Shown piece by piece: positions 17,581-27,505 of a DNA stretch of 48,593 bases. The stretch is from the UHGV virus genome UHGV-1371021; one strand, written 5' to 3'. Positions within the stretch are counted from its first letter, which is position 1. The number at the start of each line of letters is the position of its first letter. The notes under the pieces were generated by a model that worked only from the letters and a program-made list of their open reading frames with translations, had not been told where the DNA came from and ran no database searches. A program made the position numbers and the translations under genes. Source of the stretch: a virus.

Positions 17581-18055
17581 ATACTGGCGACCGCTGGCAA
17601 TTATTATAATTGTTGCCGCTGGCGCGTTGTGGGCGACAAATAAAGTATCCAGTTATGGCGAGCAGCAATACAATGCCGGATACGCAAAGGCCGTCGCAGA
17701 GCAGAAGGCGGCAGACAAACAAGAGGAGCAACGACGCAATGCAGAACTGCAAAAGATTCAAGCCGATGCACAGCAAAGGATTGATGCTGCGAGTAATGAT
17801 GCTGTCAATGCTGCTGCTAAGTCTGGCAGGTTGCAGCAACAACTCACCAGCATCCGCAAGCAGCTCGTCGGATATTCCACCGCTGAGTCCATTGGCAATC
17901 CAGCCTCCAGTACCGGAATTTTGCTTGCCGACGTGCTCAGCAAATCTGTCGAAAGAAATCGACAACTGGCAGATTATGCTGACATGGCAAGAGAAGCAGG
18001 ATTAGCGTGTGAGGTGCAGTATAATTCGCTGCGTAACAAAAAACCCCTCAATTGA
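17561..18055 (+). CDS. Rz-like i-spanin
   Basis: N-terminal TM (LAIIIIVAAGALW) followed by a long coiled-coil. Lies after the lysis genes. Confidence 0.8.
   Translation: MMSILAKYWRPLAIIIIVAAGALWATNKVSSYGEQQYNAGYAKAVAEQKAADKQEEQRRNAELQKIQADAQQRIDAASNDAVNAAAKSGRLQQQLTSIRKQLVGYSTAESIGNPASSTGILLADVLSKSVERNRQLADYADMAREAGLACEVQYNSLRNKKPLN
17784..18005 (+). CDS. Rz1-like o-spanin lipoprotein embedded in the +1 frame of Rz
   Basis: Signal peptide with lipobox LLLSLAGC, then a Pro-rich mature part. Entirely inside the Rz gene, the classic embedded arrangement. Confidence 0.75.
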   Translation: MLRVMMLSMLLLSLAGCSNNSPASASSSSDIPPLSPLAIQPPVPEFCLPTCSANLSKEIDNWQIMLTWQEKQD

Positions 18056-18066
18056 GGGGTTTTTCT
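18038..18066. terminator. bidirectional Rho-independent terminator (cccctcaaTTgagggg flanked by A-run and T-run)
   Basis: Perfect 16-bp palindrome containing the Rz stop codon. Confidence 0.8.
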
Positions 18067-18067
18067 T

Positions 18068-18193
18068 ATGAATCAGCGAGTGCGAATCGCCGACTGCTGC
18101 CAGAAAACATGTACCGAAGTTCACGTTGTCGTTACTTTTAAACAAGGTAATAGTAGCAACAGCCTTTTCCTGCGTCAACCCCACGAGCAATAA
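18068..18193 (+). other. 126-bp element bounded by two terminators, a candidate small RNA or 41-codon Cys-rich ORF
   Basis: ATG 18068 to TAA 18191..18193 fills the interval exactly. The only SD-like GAGGGG is the right arm of the upstream terminator. Confidence 0.25.
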
Positions 18194-18220
18194 AAAAGCC
18201 CCGTGAAGGGGCTTGTGTTT
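18192..18220. terminator. bidirectional Rho-independent terminator (aagccccGTGAAggggctt)
   Basis: GC stem with an A-run upstream and a T-rich region downstream. Ends the leftward 18346..19870 operon. Confidence 0.75.
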
Positions 18221-18345
18221 AATTGGTTTGCTCTGAGTTTTCTCGCTGCTTCCACATCTGCTTCAGCTGGAAATAAATATACGCCTCATCACCATCCTTC
18301 GCATTGCGTTCCATTTTCTCACACCATGCTGATGGTTTTTGTGGC

Positions 18346-18654
18346 TCACTCTGCTGGCAATACTGTTGGTTCATCAGCAGATTCCTCAACCGCAGCTTCA
18401 ACGATGCGCACCAGTGAACACTCAAGGTTCGGTGCGTTGTAATTACCCGCCAGAAACAGAACACTACCAGTACTAATCAGCACCTGTTTCGCGTTTGCCT
18501 GCGACAGGTTCTGCACGATGAATTGCGCTGTTTCGGTGCCGATTTTCAGTACTGCGCTTCCGTCGCTGTTCAGTGACACCAGTTGCGCGGAAGTGTCAGC
18601 AATGTTGGTGTAGTTCGCGTTTCGTTGCGCGATTGTGATGTCGCAGAATGACAT
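18346..18654 (-). CDS. hypothetical protein (102 aa)
   Basis: Track ORF trimmed to ATG 18654, which has an AGGAG RBS and sits just after the upstream stop. Confidence 0.5.
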   Translation of the reverse strand: MSFCDITIAQRNANYTNIADTSAQLVSLNSDGSAVLKIGTETAQFIVQNLSQANAKQVLISTGSVLFLAGNYNAPNLECSLVRIVEAAVEESADEPTVLPAE

Positions 18655-18655
18655 T

Positions 18656-18865
18656 TTATGCTCCTGTGGTGATGTGAATTTTGCCATTTTCGCCATATGT
18701 TGCCGATTCTATTGTTGCGGTGATTATAGATACCCCATCAAAAGATGCGTCGAGACTGAAGCTAACTACGCCAGCAACCTTGCGTCCTTCCTGATCAACA
18801 ATCATGCTTCTGCCATTAACTTGCTCAATATGGAGATACACTGGCTCGTCATTAGGTAGCGGCAT
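18656..18865 (-). CDS. hypothetical small protein (69 aa), paralogue of 18865..19065
   Basis: Shares the Y.HIE...G....IVDQEGRK pattern with its neighbour. Confidence 0.5.
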   Translation of the reverse strand: MPLPNDEPVYLHIEQVNGRSMIVDQEGRKVAGVVSFSLDASFDGVSIITATIESATYGENGKIHITTGA

Positions 18866-19065
18866 TATTTAATCTCCATTTCAGTAACTTTGATTTTATC
18901 AATAATAAATGCATCAATGGGAATCTCTACCAGGACGCCATTAGCCTTGATTCGCAATGATGGGGTAAGAAACTCTTTGTGACCATCTTTATCGACGATA
19001 AAACATTGCCTCTCACCATCATCAAACTCAATATCGATATAGCATGAGCTATGCGTTGCTTTCAT
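18865..19065 (-). CDS. hypothetical small protein (66 aa), paralogue of 18656..18865
   Basis: YIDIEFDDGERQCFIVDKDGHK matches YLHIEQVNGRSMIVDQEGRK in the neighbour. Confidence 0.5.
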   Translation of the reverse strand: MKATHSSCYIDIEFDDGERQCFIVDKDGHKEFLTPSLRIKANGVLVEIPIDAFIIDKIKVTEMEIK

Positions 19066-19661
19066 CGCTTACTCTCCAGTTCTTTTGCGCGAATTGCGCT
19101 GTCAATGATGTCTTGTAAATCCTGCTCGCGTGATTTGTGCCCGCGCTCGCCAGCTTGCAGCGCCTTCTTGATTAAGTGCTGCAATGCAGGGTTGGTGACA
19201 TTCCATGCCATGAGCACATCGTACACGTCAACAAATACACCAGGCTTAATTTCGTGCAGGTATTTGTTTCCAAGTTGCGCCTCATGTCGTTTCCCGTCGA
19301 TGTGAATCTCGCCAACTTTGGCTGGCTTGCATCGGCAATTAGTGTGACCAAAAATCGGATATCCTTCAGGCAGGAAGCCGCCAACAAATGTGGTGCTGGG
19401 AATAAAGCCACCTCGATTCAAATCTGCTTCCGGCGCGCCAATGCAATCGTTGAGATCTTGCTCGTCGGTAATTGACTCGCGGTATGCAATAACAATATCC
19501 CCTAAGGCTTCAATCTCACTAATGCGACCAGCATAATAGCGACCTAGACAGTAAGTTTCACCGGTATGGCCTGACTTAACCACAAGAACCGCTGAGTTAT
19601 GACCATCAAAATCCTTCTCACAACCCTTCCGATATTTCCACTTCTTCATTTCTCTCTCCAC
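19062..19661 (-). CDS. DUF3310-like protein (199 aa)
   Basis: C-terminal VYDVLMAWNV..P.LQHLIKKALQAGERGHK....DLQDII.SAIRAKEL matches the DUF3310 pattern I recall. Not verified. Confidence 0.5.
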   Translation of the reverse strand: MEREMKKWKYRKGCEKDFDGHNSAVLVVKSGHTGETYCLGRYYAGRISEIEALGDIVIAYRESITDEQDLNDCIGAPEADLNRGGFIPSTTFVGGFLPEGYPIFGHTNCRCKPAKVGEIHIDGKRHEAQLGNKYLHEIKPGVFVDVYDVLMAWNVTNPALQHLIKKALQAGERGHKSREQDLQDIIDSAIRAKELESKR

Positions 19662-19675
19662 TTAATCATCTCGCG

Positions 19676-19870
19676 TCACGGCATAGTAACGCGGTTGTAT
19701 TCATCAACATCAAAATTTGCACGAATTAAATCATACACATCATTTTTAGACATATCAGCCAGTGCCACATAGCAACGGGCAAAGTAGCGAACATCACGGA
19801 GTGTCAGCGGCTGCCGCTTCTCCACAATGCTGGTGATAATGTCCATCGGCTCTCGTCGTGGTCTTGGCAT
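19676..19870 (-). CDS. hypothetical protein (64 aa), first gene of the leftward operon
   Basis: AAGGAG RBS upstream of ATG 19870. Confidence 0.5.
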   Translation of the reverse strand: MPRPRREPMDIITSIVEKRQPLTLRDVRYFARCYVALADMSKNDVYDLIRANFDVDEYNRVTMP

Positions 19871-19967
19871 ATTTATTACTCCTTTTCGAAATTTATTATT
19901 GACGAATCTACGTCACTTGGTCAATACTGTTGGTGTAGAATGATTCTACCACAACGAAAGGGGTGAT

Positions 19968-20171
19968 GTGGAAATGCAATACAAAGAAATAGCAGCGAGA
20001 TACCAGAAGGAGGTTCGCGAGGTTATGGAAATTCTTAACGTTCGCGAGGATACCATTAAGTTTGTGGAAACTGCCATGTGTTCATTGGCGCTTGAGGCGG
20101 AGGTTGCAGGTCGTGAAAAGGCTGACGAACTTATATCTGCGTTGGTTTATAGTTCAACCAGTAACGGTTGA
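19968..20171 (+). CDS. hypothetical protein (67 aa), GTG start
   Basis: AAAGGGG RBS 5 nt before GTG 19968. Confidence 0.5.
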   Translation: MEMQYKEIAARYQKEVREVMEILNVREDTIKFVETAMCSLALEAEVAGREKADELISALVYSSTSNG

Positions 20172-20231
20172 AGATGAAGGTTATCTGTGCGTTGAGCACG
20201 TTGTTATTAAATTCTACGGGAGAAATTATAA

Positions 20232-20426
20232 ATGGCGCATGACGAGCTGTACGAAGAATCGTTAATCCAGCGACTGAATGAAGTTGAACGCACTCGTGAA
20301 TGGCTAGAATGCGAACTGCGAGAGGTGCGAAACCGCATGCAACGCAAGCGTAGTCAACAGAAAGATGTTATCGATTGGTCTGGCGATGCACCTAAATTTA
20401 ACAATCTTGGGGAGTGGATAAAATGA
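20232..20426 (+). CDS. hypothetical protein (64 aa)
   Basis: GGGAGA RBS. Confidence 0.5.
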   Translation: MAHDELYEESLIQRLNEVERTREWLECELREVRNRMQRKRSQQKDVIDWSGDAPKFNNLGEWIK

Positions 20427-20671
20427 GCGCACCATATATGCCAATGATGAATGATGAAGGAATTTTAGAGTGCCCATTATGTCAATCGACAATAGCTCAT
20501 GCGGATAGTGTTGATAGCGAGTGGATTGTCGAGTGCTACGAGTGCGGATGCAAAACTGGTGCTTACATGACTGATAAGGGGGCAATTGAGTCATGGAATA
20601 CCCGCAACGGACACCTCTACACCGCTGACGACTTCAATCAGGCAGCAGAGGAGCGTGATCATGGATTATAA
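20414..20671 (+). CDS. lar: Lar-family restriction alleviation protein
   Basis: LECPLCQ.....(x)WIVECYECGCKTG........AIESWNTRN matches the Lar zinc-ribbon pattern (PCPFCG...V.C..CG....EAI.AWNRR). Confidence 0.6.
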   Translation: MDKMSAPYMPMMNDEGILECPLCQSTIAHADSVDSEWIVECYECGCKTGAYMTDKGAIESWNTRNGHLYTADDFNQAAEERDHGL

Positions 20672-21149
20672 GTCACAAATCATGCGCGTGATTATCAATC
20701 ATCCAGGAGCAACGCGTGCATACATTGAGAAGCATTGCGGCGGTAAGCATTCAAGCACCACAACGCATCGTCTGCATGAGATGCTTGCGCTTGGCTTCAT
20801 TCGCCGCGAGAAGTCGGTGATTCGTGGTGGAAAATGGCAGTATAAATATTTCATCTCTGACGATGCAGCTGGCATTGATGATGCGATTAAGTGCCATTTG
20901 CTTGATAACGAAGGCGCGGAAGTGAAAGAAATCAGCTCCGCCACTGGCATTGATTATCGCATCGTGAAAATCCGCATCCGCATTATGTTTCATAACGGTG
21001 ATGTAACGCGAAGCTATGACCACCACAAGAAGCTGTGGCGTTATTCATGGCGTGAGCAGGAGGTTAACGTCAGCAATCTGTTCAATTCACTGCTTCGCAA
21101 CGTAAGAGGTCAACATGGGGAAAGCAAAACGCAAGAAGCAAGAGTATGA
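20661..21149 (+). CDS. putative DNA-binding protein with two winged-helix-like repeats
   Basis: ATGA-coupled start at 20661 (track ORF opens at 20586). Two similar ~70-aa repeats rich in R/K. No named family. Confidence 0.5.
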   Translation: MDYKSQIMRVIINHPGATRAYIEKHCGGKHSSTTTHRLHEMLALGFIRREKSVIRGGKWQYKYFISDDAAGIDDAIKCHLLDNEGAEVKEISSATGIDYRIVKIRIRIMFHNGDVTRSYDHHKKLWRYSWREQEVNVSNLFNSLLRNVRGQHGESKTQEARV

Positions 21150-21291
21150 GCCACTGCCGCCATGCGAAATGTCAGGAATGCCGCAGCAGGAGGATGTATT
21201 TCTCACCGAAGCCGAATGGCGCAAAGTGGCGAGGGTGCAAATCATGTTCCGCAAACTTGCTGAGGATGTACTAAATGAGATGGGCTATTAA
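21115..21291 (+). CDS. hypothetical small basic protein (58 aa)
   Basis: AAGAGG RBS 5 nt before ATG. Overlaps both neighbours. Confidence 0.4.
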   Translation: MGKAKRKKQEYEPLPPCEMSGMPQQEDVFLTEAEWRKVARVQIMFRKLAEDVLNEMGY

Positions 21292-21628
21292 GCATAAATC
21301 TGGCAGAACTCTGTTTGTGACATCAGATGAGTTTGTTGCCAATAACCGTAGAAAGATGGGTTGGATAGTGGAGGAAGTGAAGATGTCGAGTAGAGAGCAG
21401 TTTGAACAGAAAATTCAGCACGCATATGGCGAGGATTATCTGGCAGTTAATGATGATGGTGATTACGTTAACTGGATAACAGCTGACTTATGGGAATTTT
21501 GGGTTGCATCGCGAGCTGAGATTGAGATTGAATTGCCAGAGGAAGAAAGTTTGGGATGCCACGCCATTTACTATGCAGAAGATGTTATTGAGGTAATTGA
21601 ACAAGCAGGTTTAAAGGTGAAAAAATGA
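21275..21628 (+). CDS. hypothetical protein (117 aa, alternative start at 21383 with GGAGG RBS)
   Basis: ORF track entry. Confidence 0.5.
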   Translation: MRWAIKHKSGRTLFVTSDEFVANNRRKMGWIVEEVKMSSREQFEQKIQHAYGEDYLAVNDDGDYVNWITADLWEFWVASRAEIEIELPEEESLGCHAIYYAEDVIEVIEQAGLKVKK

Positions 21629-21951
21629 TTATCCAACTAAACGACATCATGAAAGCAGACATCATTCAGCTTGAAGATTATGATGTGCAACTGGCGTTTG
21701 AAATAGAAACTGTTGAGCGTCAACTGCAATATGCAGATAAGAAGAACGACTGCGTCTGGCATGAGAAAGCACTTAAGGCTCGCGACCACATGAAGCGCAC
21801 GCGAGCACTTATTAAAACTCGTCTGGATAAGCTGTATTACGGCGAGGAAAGGATGATTCAAGGGGCAATACTGGCGCAAATTCGCAAGGAAATGTCGATT
21901 GGCAAGTTCATGTCATACGTCCACCGAGCGAAGCGGGAGGCAGGGTTATGA
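21625..21951 (+). CDS. hypothetical protein (108 aa)
   Basis: ATGA-coupled ORF. Confidence 0.5.
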   Translation: MIIQLNDIMKADIIQLEDYDVQLAFEIETVERQLQYADKKNDCVWHEKALKARDHMKRTRALIKTRLDKLYYGEERMIQGAILAQIRKEMSIGKFMSYVHRAKREAGL

Positions 21952-22094
21952 TTCCATTACTGTGGATATTATCCGCCTACGCATTCGCGAGAGTATTTGA
22001 GGCTGACACTCTATACCAGATGATTTGCTATGGCGCACTGTTTTGCTTATCTGGAGCCGCTATCGCATTTATGGATGATGTGATTTCAGAATAA
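21948..22094 (+). CDS. small membrane peptide (48 aa)
   Basis: ATGA-coupled. Two hydrophobic stretches. Confidence 0.4.
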   Translation: MIPLLWILSAYAFARVFEADTLYQMICYGALFCLSGAAIAFMDDVISE

Positions 22095-22288
22095 CTCCGT
22101 ATATCTTTTGTTCATCATGGGCTGCTATCCTTTAATCAGGAGGTGGCCCATGAACATAATCCATATCACTTACTTTCTCACGCTATACGTACTCACCGAT
22201 TCGCCATTGTTTGCACTTGCTACCGCCTCATGGTGCTATATCTCCCTGTGTTATAATTCGACCACAAACTAACCGTGGAGAGTTAACC

Positions 22289-24168
<1,880 letters not shown>

Positions 24169-24170
24169 TA

Positions 24171-25241
24171 ATGGAAAAGATTATTTTTACCAAAGATTTG
24201 GTAGCCAACTCCGCAGTAGTGGCTGACCAGTGGAAACATCTCACCATCGACCGTAAAGTGTTCTGCAACGCAGAAGCTGAACTGGCGAAAACTTACGGTG
24301 TTAACGCCACCGCACTGGTAACAAAAGATTACTGGCGCGACGTGGATAATGTTACCACCCGTGTTTTCCGCAACGAAGCTGGTCAGGATATGATGGCTGA
24401 CCTGATGGGTATCGCGGCAAACATCAATATCGGTAAGACTGTGGCAATCAGCCGCATTGCTTCCGATGCTGGTAAGGTCGTCCGCACTCTGTCTGGTCAG
24501 GAGCCGGAAGATTTGGATAAAACTCGCTACGATTACACTGGCGATGTGATTCCAATCTTCAAAACTGGCTACAGCCGCGAATGGCGCGAACTGCTGGGCA
24601 TGCAGTCTGAAGGCTTCGACCCACTGCTGGACGATCAGGCCAACGTCACCTTTAACCTGCGTTCTGACATGGCGCAGTATCTGCTGACCGGCGACCAGAC
24701 TCTGAACGTGAACGGCGTTTACACTGGTTACGGTATCACCAACCACCCGAACACCATTCAGGTTAACCTGAATGCTTCCGGCGGCCTGAATATCGACCTG
24801 CAAACCGCAACGCCAGATGAAATCGTGACCTTCTTCAATCAGGATTTCCAGGCTATTCTGGATGCGCAGAACGTATTTGAGCAGGTGACTCTATGGGTTT
24901 CCCCGGCAGTGCGTCGTAGCTTCATGCGTCCGTATTCTGATGCAGCAGGTTTCAAAGGTGGCACTGTTGAACAGTACATCACGCAGTTTGGCAATGGTCG
25001 CATCGGCAAGATTGGCACCAACTTCCTGCTGACTGGCAACCATTTCGTTGGCTACGTTCGCAACGACATGTACATCCGTCCGCGTGTTGCTCAGCCTGTT
25101 TCCACCTATGCGGCAGCCCGTGACAACCCGCACGATAACTTTAACTTTATGGTGTGGTCAGCTTTCGGTTTGCAAATCCGTAAGGATTTCACTGGTAAGT
25201 CCAAAGTGTTCAACGGCTACGGAACGCAAACTCCGCTGTAA
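24171..25241 (+). CDS. major capsid protein
   Basis: 356-aa ORF after the scaffold and decoration genes, followed by a strong terminator. Protein-like composition. Confidence 0.7.
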   Translation: MEKIIFTKDLVANSAVVADQWKHLTIDRKVFCNAEAELAKTYGVNATALVTKDYWRDVDNVTTRVFRNEAGQDMMADLMGIAANINIGKTVAISRIASDAGKVVRTLSGQEPEDLDKTRYDYTGDVIPIFKTGYSREWRELLGMQSEGFDPLLDDQANVTFNLRSDMAQYLLTGDQTLNVNGVYTGYGITNHPNTIQVNLNASGGLNIDLQTATPDEIVTFFNQDFQAILDAQNVFEQVTLWVSPAVRRSFMRPYSDAAGFKGGTVEQYITQFGNGRIGKIGTNFLLTGNHFVGYVRNDMYIRPRVAQPVSTYAAARDNPHDNFNFMVWSAFGLQIRKDFTGKSKVFNGYGTQTPL

Positions 25242-25243
25242 TA

Positions 25244-25268
25244 AAAAAGGGGCGAAAGCCCCTTTGTA
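25244..25268. terminator. Rho-independent terminator (aggggcGAAAgcccct)
   Basis: GC hairpin immediately after the capsid stop. Confidence 0.75.
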
Positions 25269-25284
25269 ACCATTAGAGGTCACC

Positions 25285-25674
25285 ATGGGTAATAAAGGCA
25301 TTGAGCAAGAGATTCAGGACAAAGGCAGTGAAGCGTCACGAGTAACCAGAAAACACATTGAAGACGTCATTGTCAGCGAGCACTACTTTACGGGTTATGA
25401 TGGACGTAATGGCGCCATTTCCAGCAACGAATATTGTGGCAGGGAAAAACCAGAAGAAGGCGATCGTAATTTATCGCCATTGAAGTTGCTCACTTTCTGC
25501 GTCTTGGTGTTGAAAAACGGATTCACCGTGACCGGAGAAAGCGCCTGCGCCAGTCCAGAGAATTTCGATGCTGAAATTGGTCGCAAGATTGCCAGAGAGA
25601 ATGCGGTAAATAAAATCTGGATGCTTGAGGGTTATCTCCTTAAGCAGAGTCTTTCGGAGGTAAAAAATGGCTAA
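25285..25674 (+). CDS. hypothetical protein (129 aa), possibly the gp49/gene-66 phage family
   Basis: GESACASPENFDAEIGRKIARENA...W.LEGY. Family recall is tentative. Confidence 0.5.
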   Translation: MGNKGIEQEIQDKGSEASRVTRKHIEDVIVSEHYFTGYDGRNGAISSNEYCGREKPEEGDRNLSPLKLLTFCVLVLKNGFTVTGESACASPENFDAEIGRKIARENAVNKIWMLEGYLLKQSLSEVKNG

Positions 25675-25864
25675 ATACGAAGTCATCGCACGCGGAATAT
25701 TTGTTAAAGAGAAAGGCAAGATTCGTGAATTGCAGCTTGGCGAGGTTATCACAGAGCCTGCTGAGCATCTGATGTCAAAGCTGCGCGTTATGCCGGAACT
25801 GGAAAAGTCTTTCGAAGTAGCAACCCCACAAGAAAAGACGACAAAGAAAAAGAAAGCAGAGTAA
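25667..25864 (+). CDS. hypothetical protein (65 aa)
   Basis: ORF track entry. Overlaps the upstream stop. Confidence 0.45.
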   Translation: MAKYEVIARGIFVKEKGKIRELQLGEVITEPAEHLMSKLRVMPELEKSFEVATPQEKTTKKKKAE

Positions 25865-25867
25865 ACT

Positions 25868-25894
25868 AAACCCGCATCATGCGGGTTTTTTATT
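25868..25894. terminator. Rho-independent terminator (aaacccgcATCATgcgggttttttatt)
   Basis: Stem-loop plus a 6-T run. Confidence 0.8.
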
Positions 25895-25905
25895 GGGGGG
25901 TTTCT

Positions 25906-26754
25906 ATGGCTGTAAGATACGACATATTCACCACGCGGGATGACGGTGAGGTGATGCTTGATGAGTTGATGTCCGCTGACTGGACTGCGCTACAGGTTAA
26001 CGTGATGCCGCTTAATTCATCTGGCGCATACACGCCACTGGTTAGCGGAACCGTGTCCGTGAAGGTGTCGCCATTTGAATCTGGCAACTACTGGATTGAC
26101 GTCAACAATAATAATTATTACGGCGTGGCATTGCGCCTGAAGATAATCAAAACTGAATTGCCAGCAGCGGTAAGTTCGCTGCGCGTTTCTGTCTGGCGCG
26201 CTGGTGTCTCTCCGCAATCGGTAGTAAACCTTCAACCTGACGTGGCGCTAAGCGACATCACCACGCAGTCATATATTGAGCGCGCCAACAAGCAAGGCAA
26301 GCTGTTCACTGCGTCGCGTAGAGTAACTGATGTTGCTGGCGGCTCAAACCTTGATAGCATATTTATCACCGGAGCAAAACAGGTGATATTTAACCAGCGC
26401 ATCATTGGTTACACAGGGAAGGGTGTTATTGCATCAATCTATCGCGGCGCGGTTGCCGCTGGCGGTGCGGCTGCAGAGATTAACAACCCAAACGACATAA
26501 CGCCGCAGGCAGCTACGGCGCAGTTACTTACTGGCGCTACCGTGACAAACATCGGGCAGATGACGGTAGCGGCAACATACAGTGAGGGCAACGCATCGAA
26601 TCAGGGGCAGGGTAACTCGCAGGCGAAACTCGGCGAGCAGATTATCATGGCACCAAATACGACGTATTTGCTTCGCATAACATCACTGGATACTGCGGCG
26701 CAGAATATCAATGCGTATGTGTCATGGTTTGAGGATGATACTTATCTGGCATGA
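25906..26754 (+). CDS. putative virion structural protein (282 aa, Ala/Gly/Thr/Ser-rich)
   Basis: Start at ATG 25906 with a GGGGGG RBS. The track start at 25879 lies inside the terminator. Composition is typical of fibre or decoration proteins. Confidence 0.5.
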   Translation: MAVRYDIFTTRDDGEVMLDELMSADWTALQVNVMPLNSSGAYTPLVSGTVSVKVSPFESGNYWIDVNNNNYYGVALRLKIIKTELPAAVSSLRVSVWRAGVSPQSVVNLQPDVALSDITTQSYIERANKQGKLFTASRRVTDVAGGSNLDSIFITGAKQVIFNQRIIGYTGKGVIASIYRGAVAAGGAAAEINNPNDITPQAATAQLLTGATVTNIGQMTVAATYSEGNASNQGQGNSQAKLGEQIIMAPNTTYLLRITSLDTAAQNINAYVSWFEDDTYLA

Positions 26755-26755
26755 T

Positions 26756-26790
26756 AAAAGAAAAGCCCCGCGAGGGGCTTTGTTTATTGT
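26756..26790. terminator. bidirectional Rho-independent terminator (aaagccccGCGAggggcttt)
   Basis: GC stem with an A-run and a T-run. Lies between convergent operons. Confidence 0.8.
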
Positions 26791-26969
26791 TTATCCGGGT
26801 CGGCGTAGAAATTCAGTAGCTTTATGAAATCTCTTTTCCCTGAATGATTAAGATAAAATCCAGCAATTTCACTAAACGCTTCGTTTGCCGCTCTTACACT
26901 GCAACCCATATTTAAAGCATCACGCGCTGCAATGGCTGCACTTTTTGTTTTTTCTTTAATGCTCATCAC
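26784..26969 (-). CDS. hypothetical protein (61 aa)
   Basis: Last gene of the leftward 8-gene operon. Its stop is inside the terminator. Confidence 0.45.
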   Translation of the reverse strand: MMSIKEKTKSAAIAARDALNMGCSVRAANEAFSEIAGFYLNHSGKRDFIKLLNFYADPDKQ

Positions 26970-27505
26970 TAAATCCTCATTGGCATAACAATAACTTTTG
27001 CTGTCTCGCCAGTTGGAGCGCTGACACTGGCAACGGCGGCGTTAGTATTGCCATTCAGGTCAAAGCGCACGCCTTCCCATTTCGGATTAAACAATTTCGC
27101 CAGCTTTTCAGCATCTGCCAGGTATTTTGCATTGAAGCCGATTTTCTCGGCTGGCGCAGTCTGTTTTGGAATGACGCGATCAATATCCGGGAATCTCCCG
27201 TCAATAACTTCGCAGATACCAGCACCGACCATTACATCAAGTTCATCGTGATAAGTGACCATTTTTGTTTTAGTGTCCAGCACTGCATATGAGTAGCGCT
27301 TTAACGGTGACTTGCTGACTGACACAATCACGTTATCAGTGAGTTTATTTTCATGCTTACTGGCAATGAATGCGCGATGACCGTCAGTAGCTGCAACGCG
27401 ACCATCCGGCATAAAACAGATGCCATTGAGGTAGTAACGCACATCATTCTTGGCCTGAAACATCAATGAGCCTTCGAGTAATAACTTGCTGATTTTTAAT
27501 TTCAT
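26969..27505 (-). CDS. truncated DnaN-like DNA polymerase III beta sliding-clamp homologue (domains II-III only, 178 aa)
   Basis: [9 protein letters not shown]..F...G..[11 protein letters not shown] matches E. coli DnaN [47 protein letters not shown] matches [27 protein letters not shown] matches EIGFNVSYVLDV. C-terminal VIVMPMRI matches VVMPMRL. It lacks clamp domain I. Start at ATG 27505 (TGATG overlap with the upstream stop). The track start at 27547 is in frame but overlaps the 57-aa ORF. Confidence 0.7.
   Translation of the reverse strand: [178 protein letters not shown]

Noticed and set aside
17610-18005. Full 131-aa track ORF in the +1 frame of Rz
   Set aside because: Only the C-terminal 73 codons from ATG 17784 form a lipoprotein signal with a lipobox (Rz1). 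The upstream part is frame noise.
18002-18190. Minus-strand 62-aa ORF spanning both terminators
   Set aside because: It starts with TTG inside one terminator stem and runs through the other terminator into Rz. Unlikely to be expressed.
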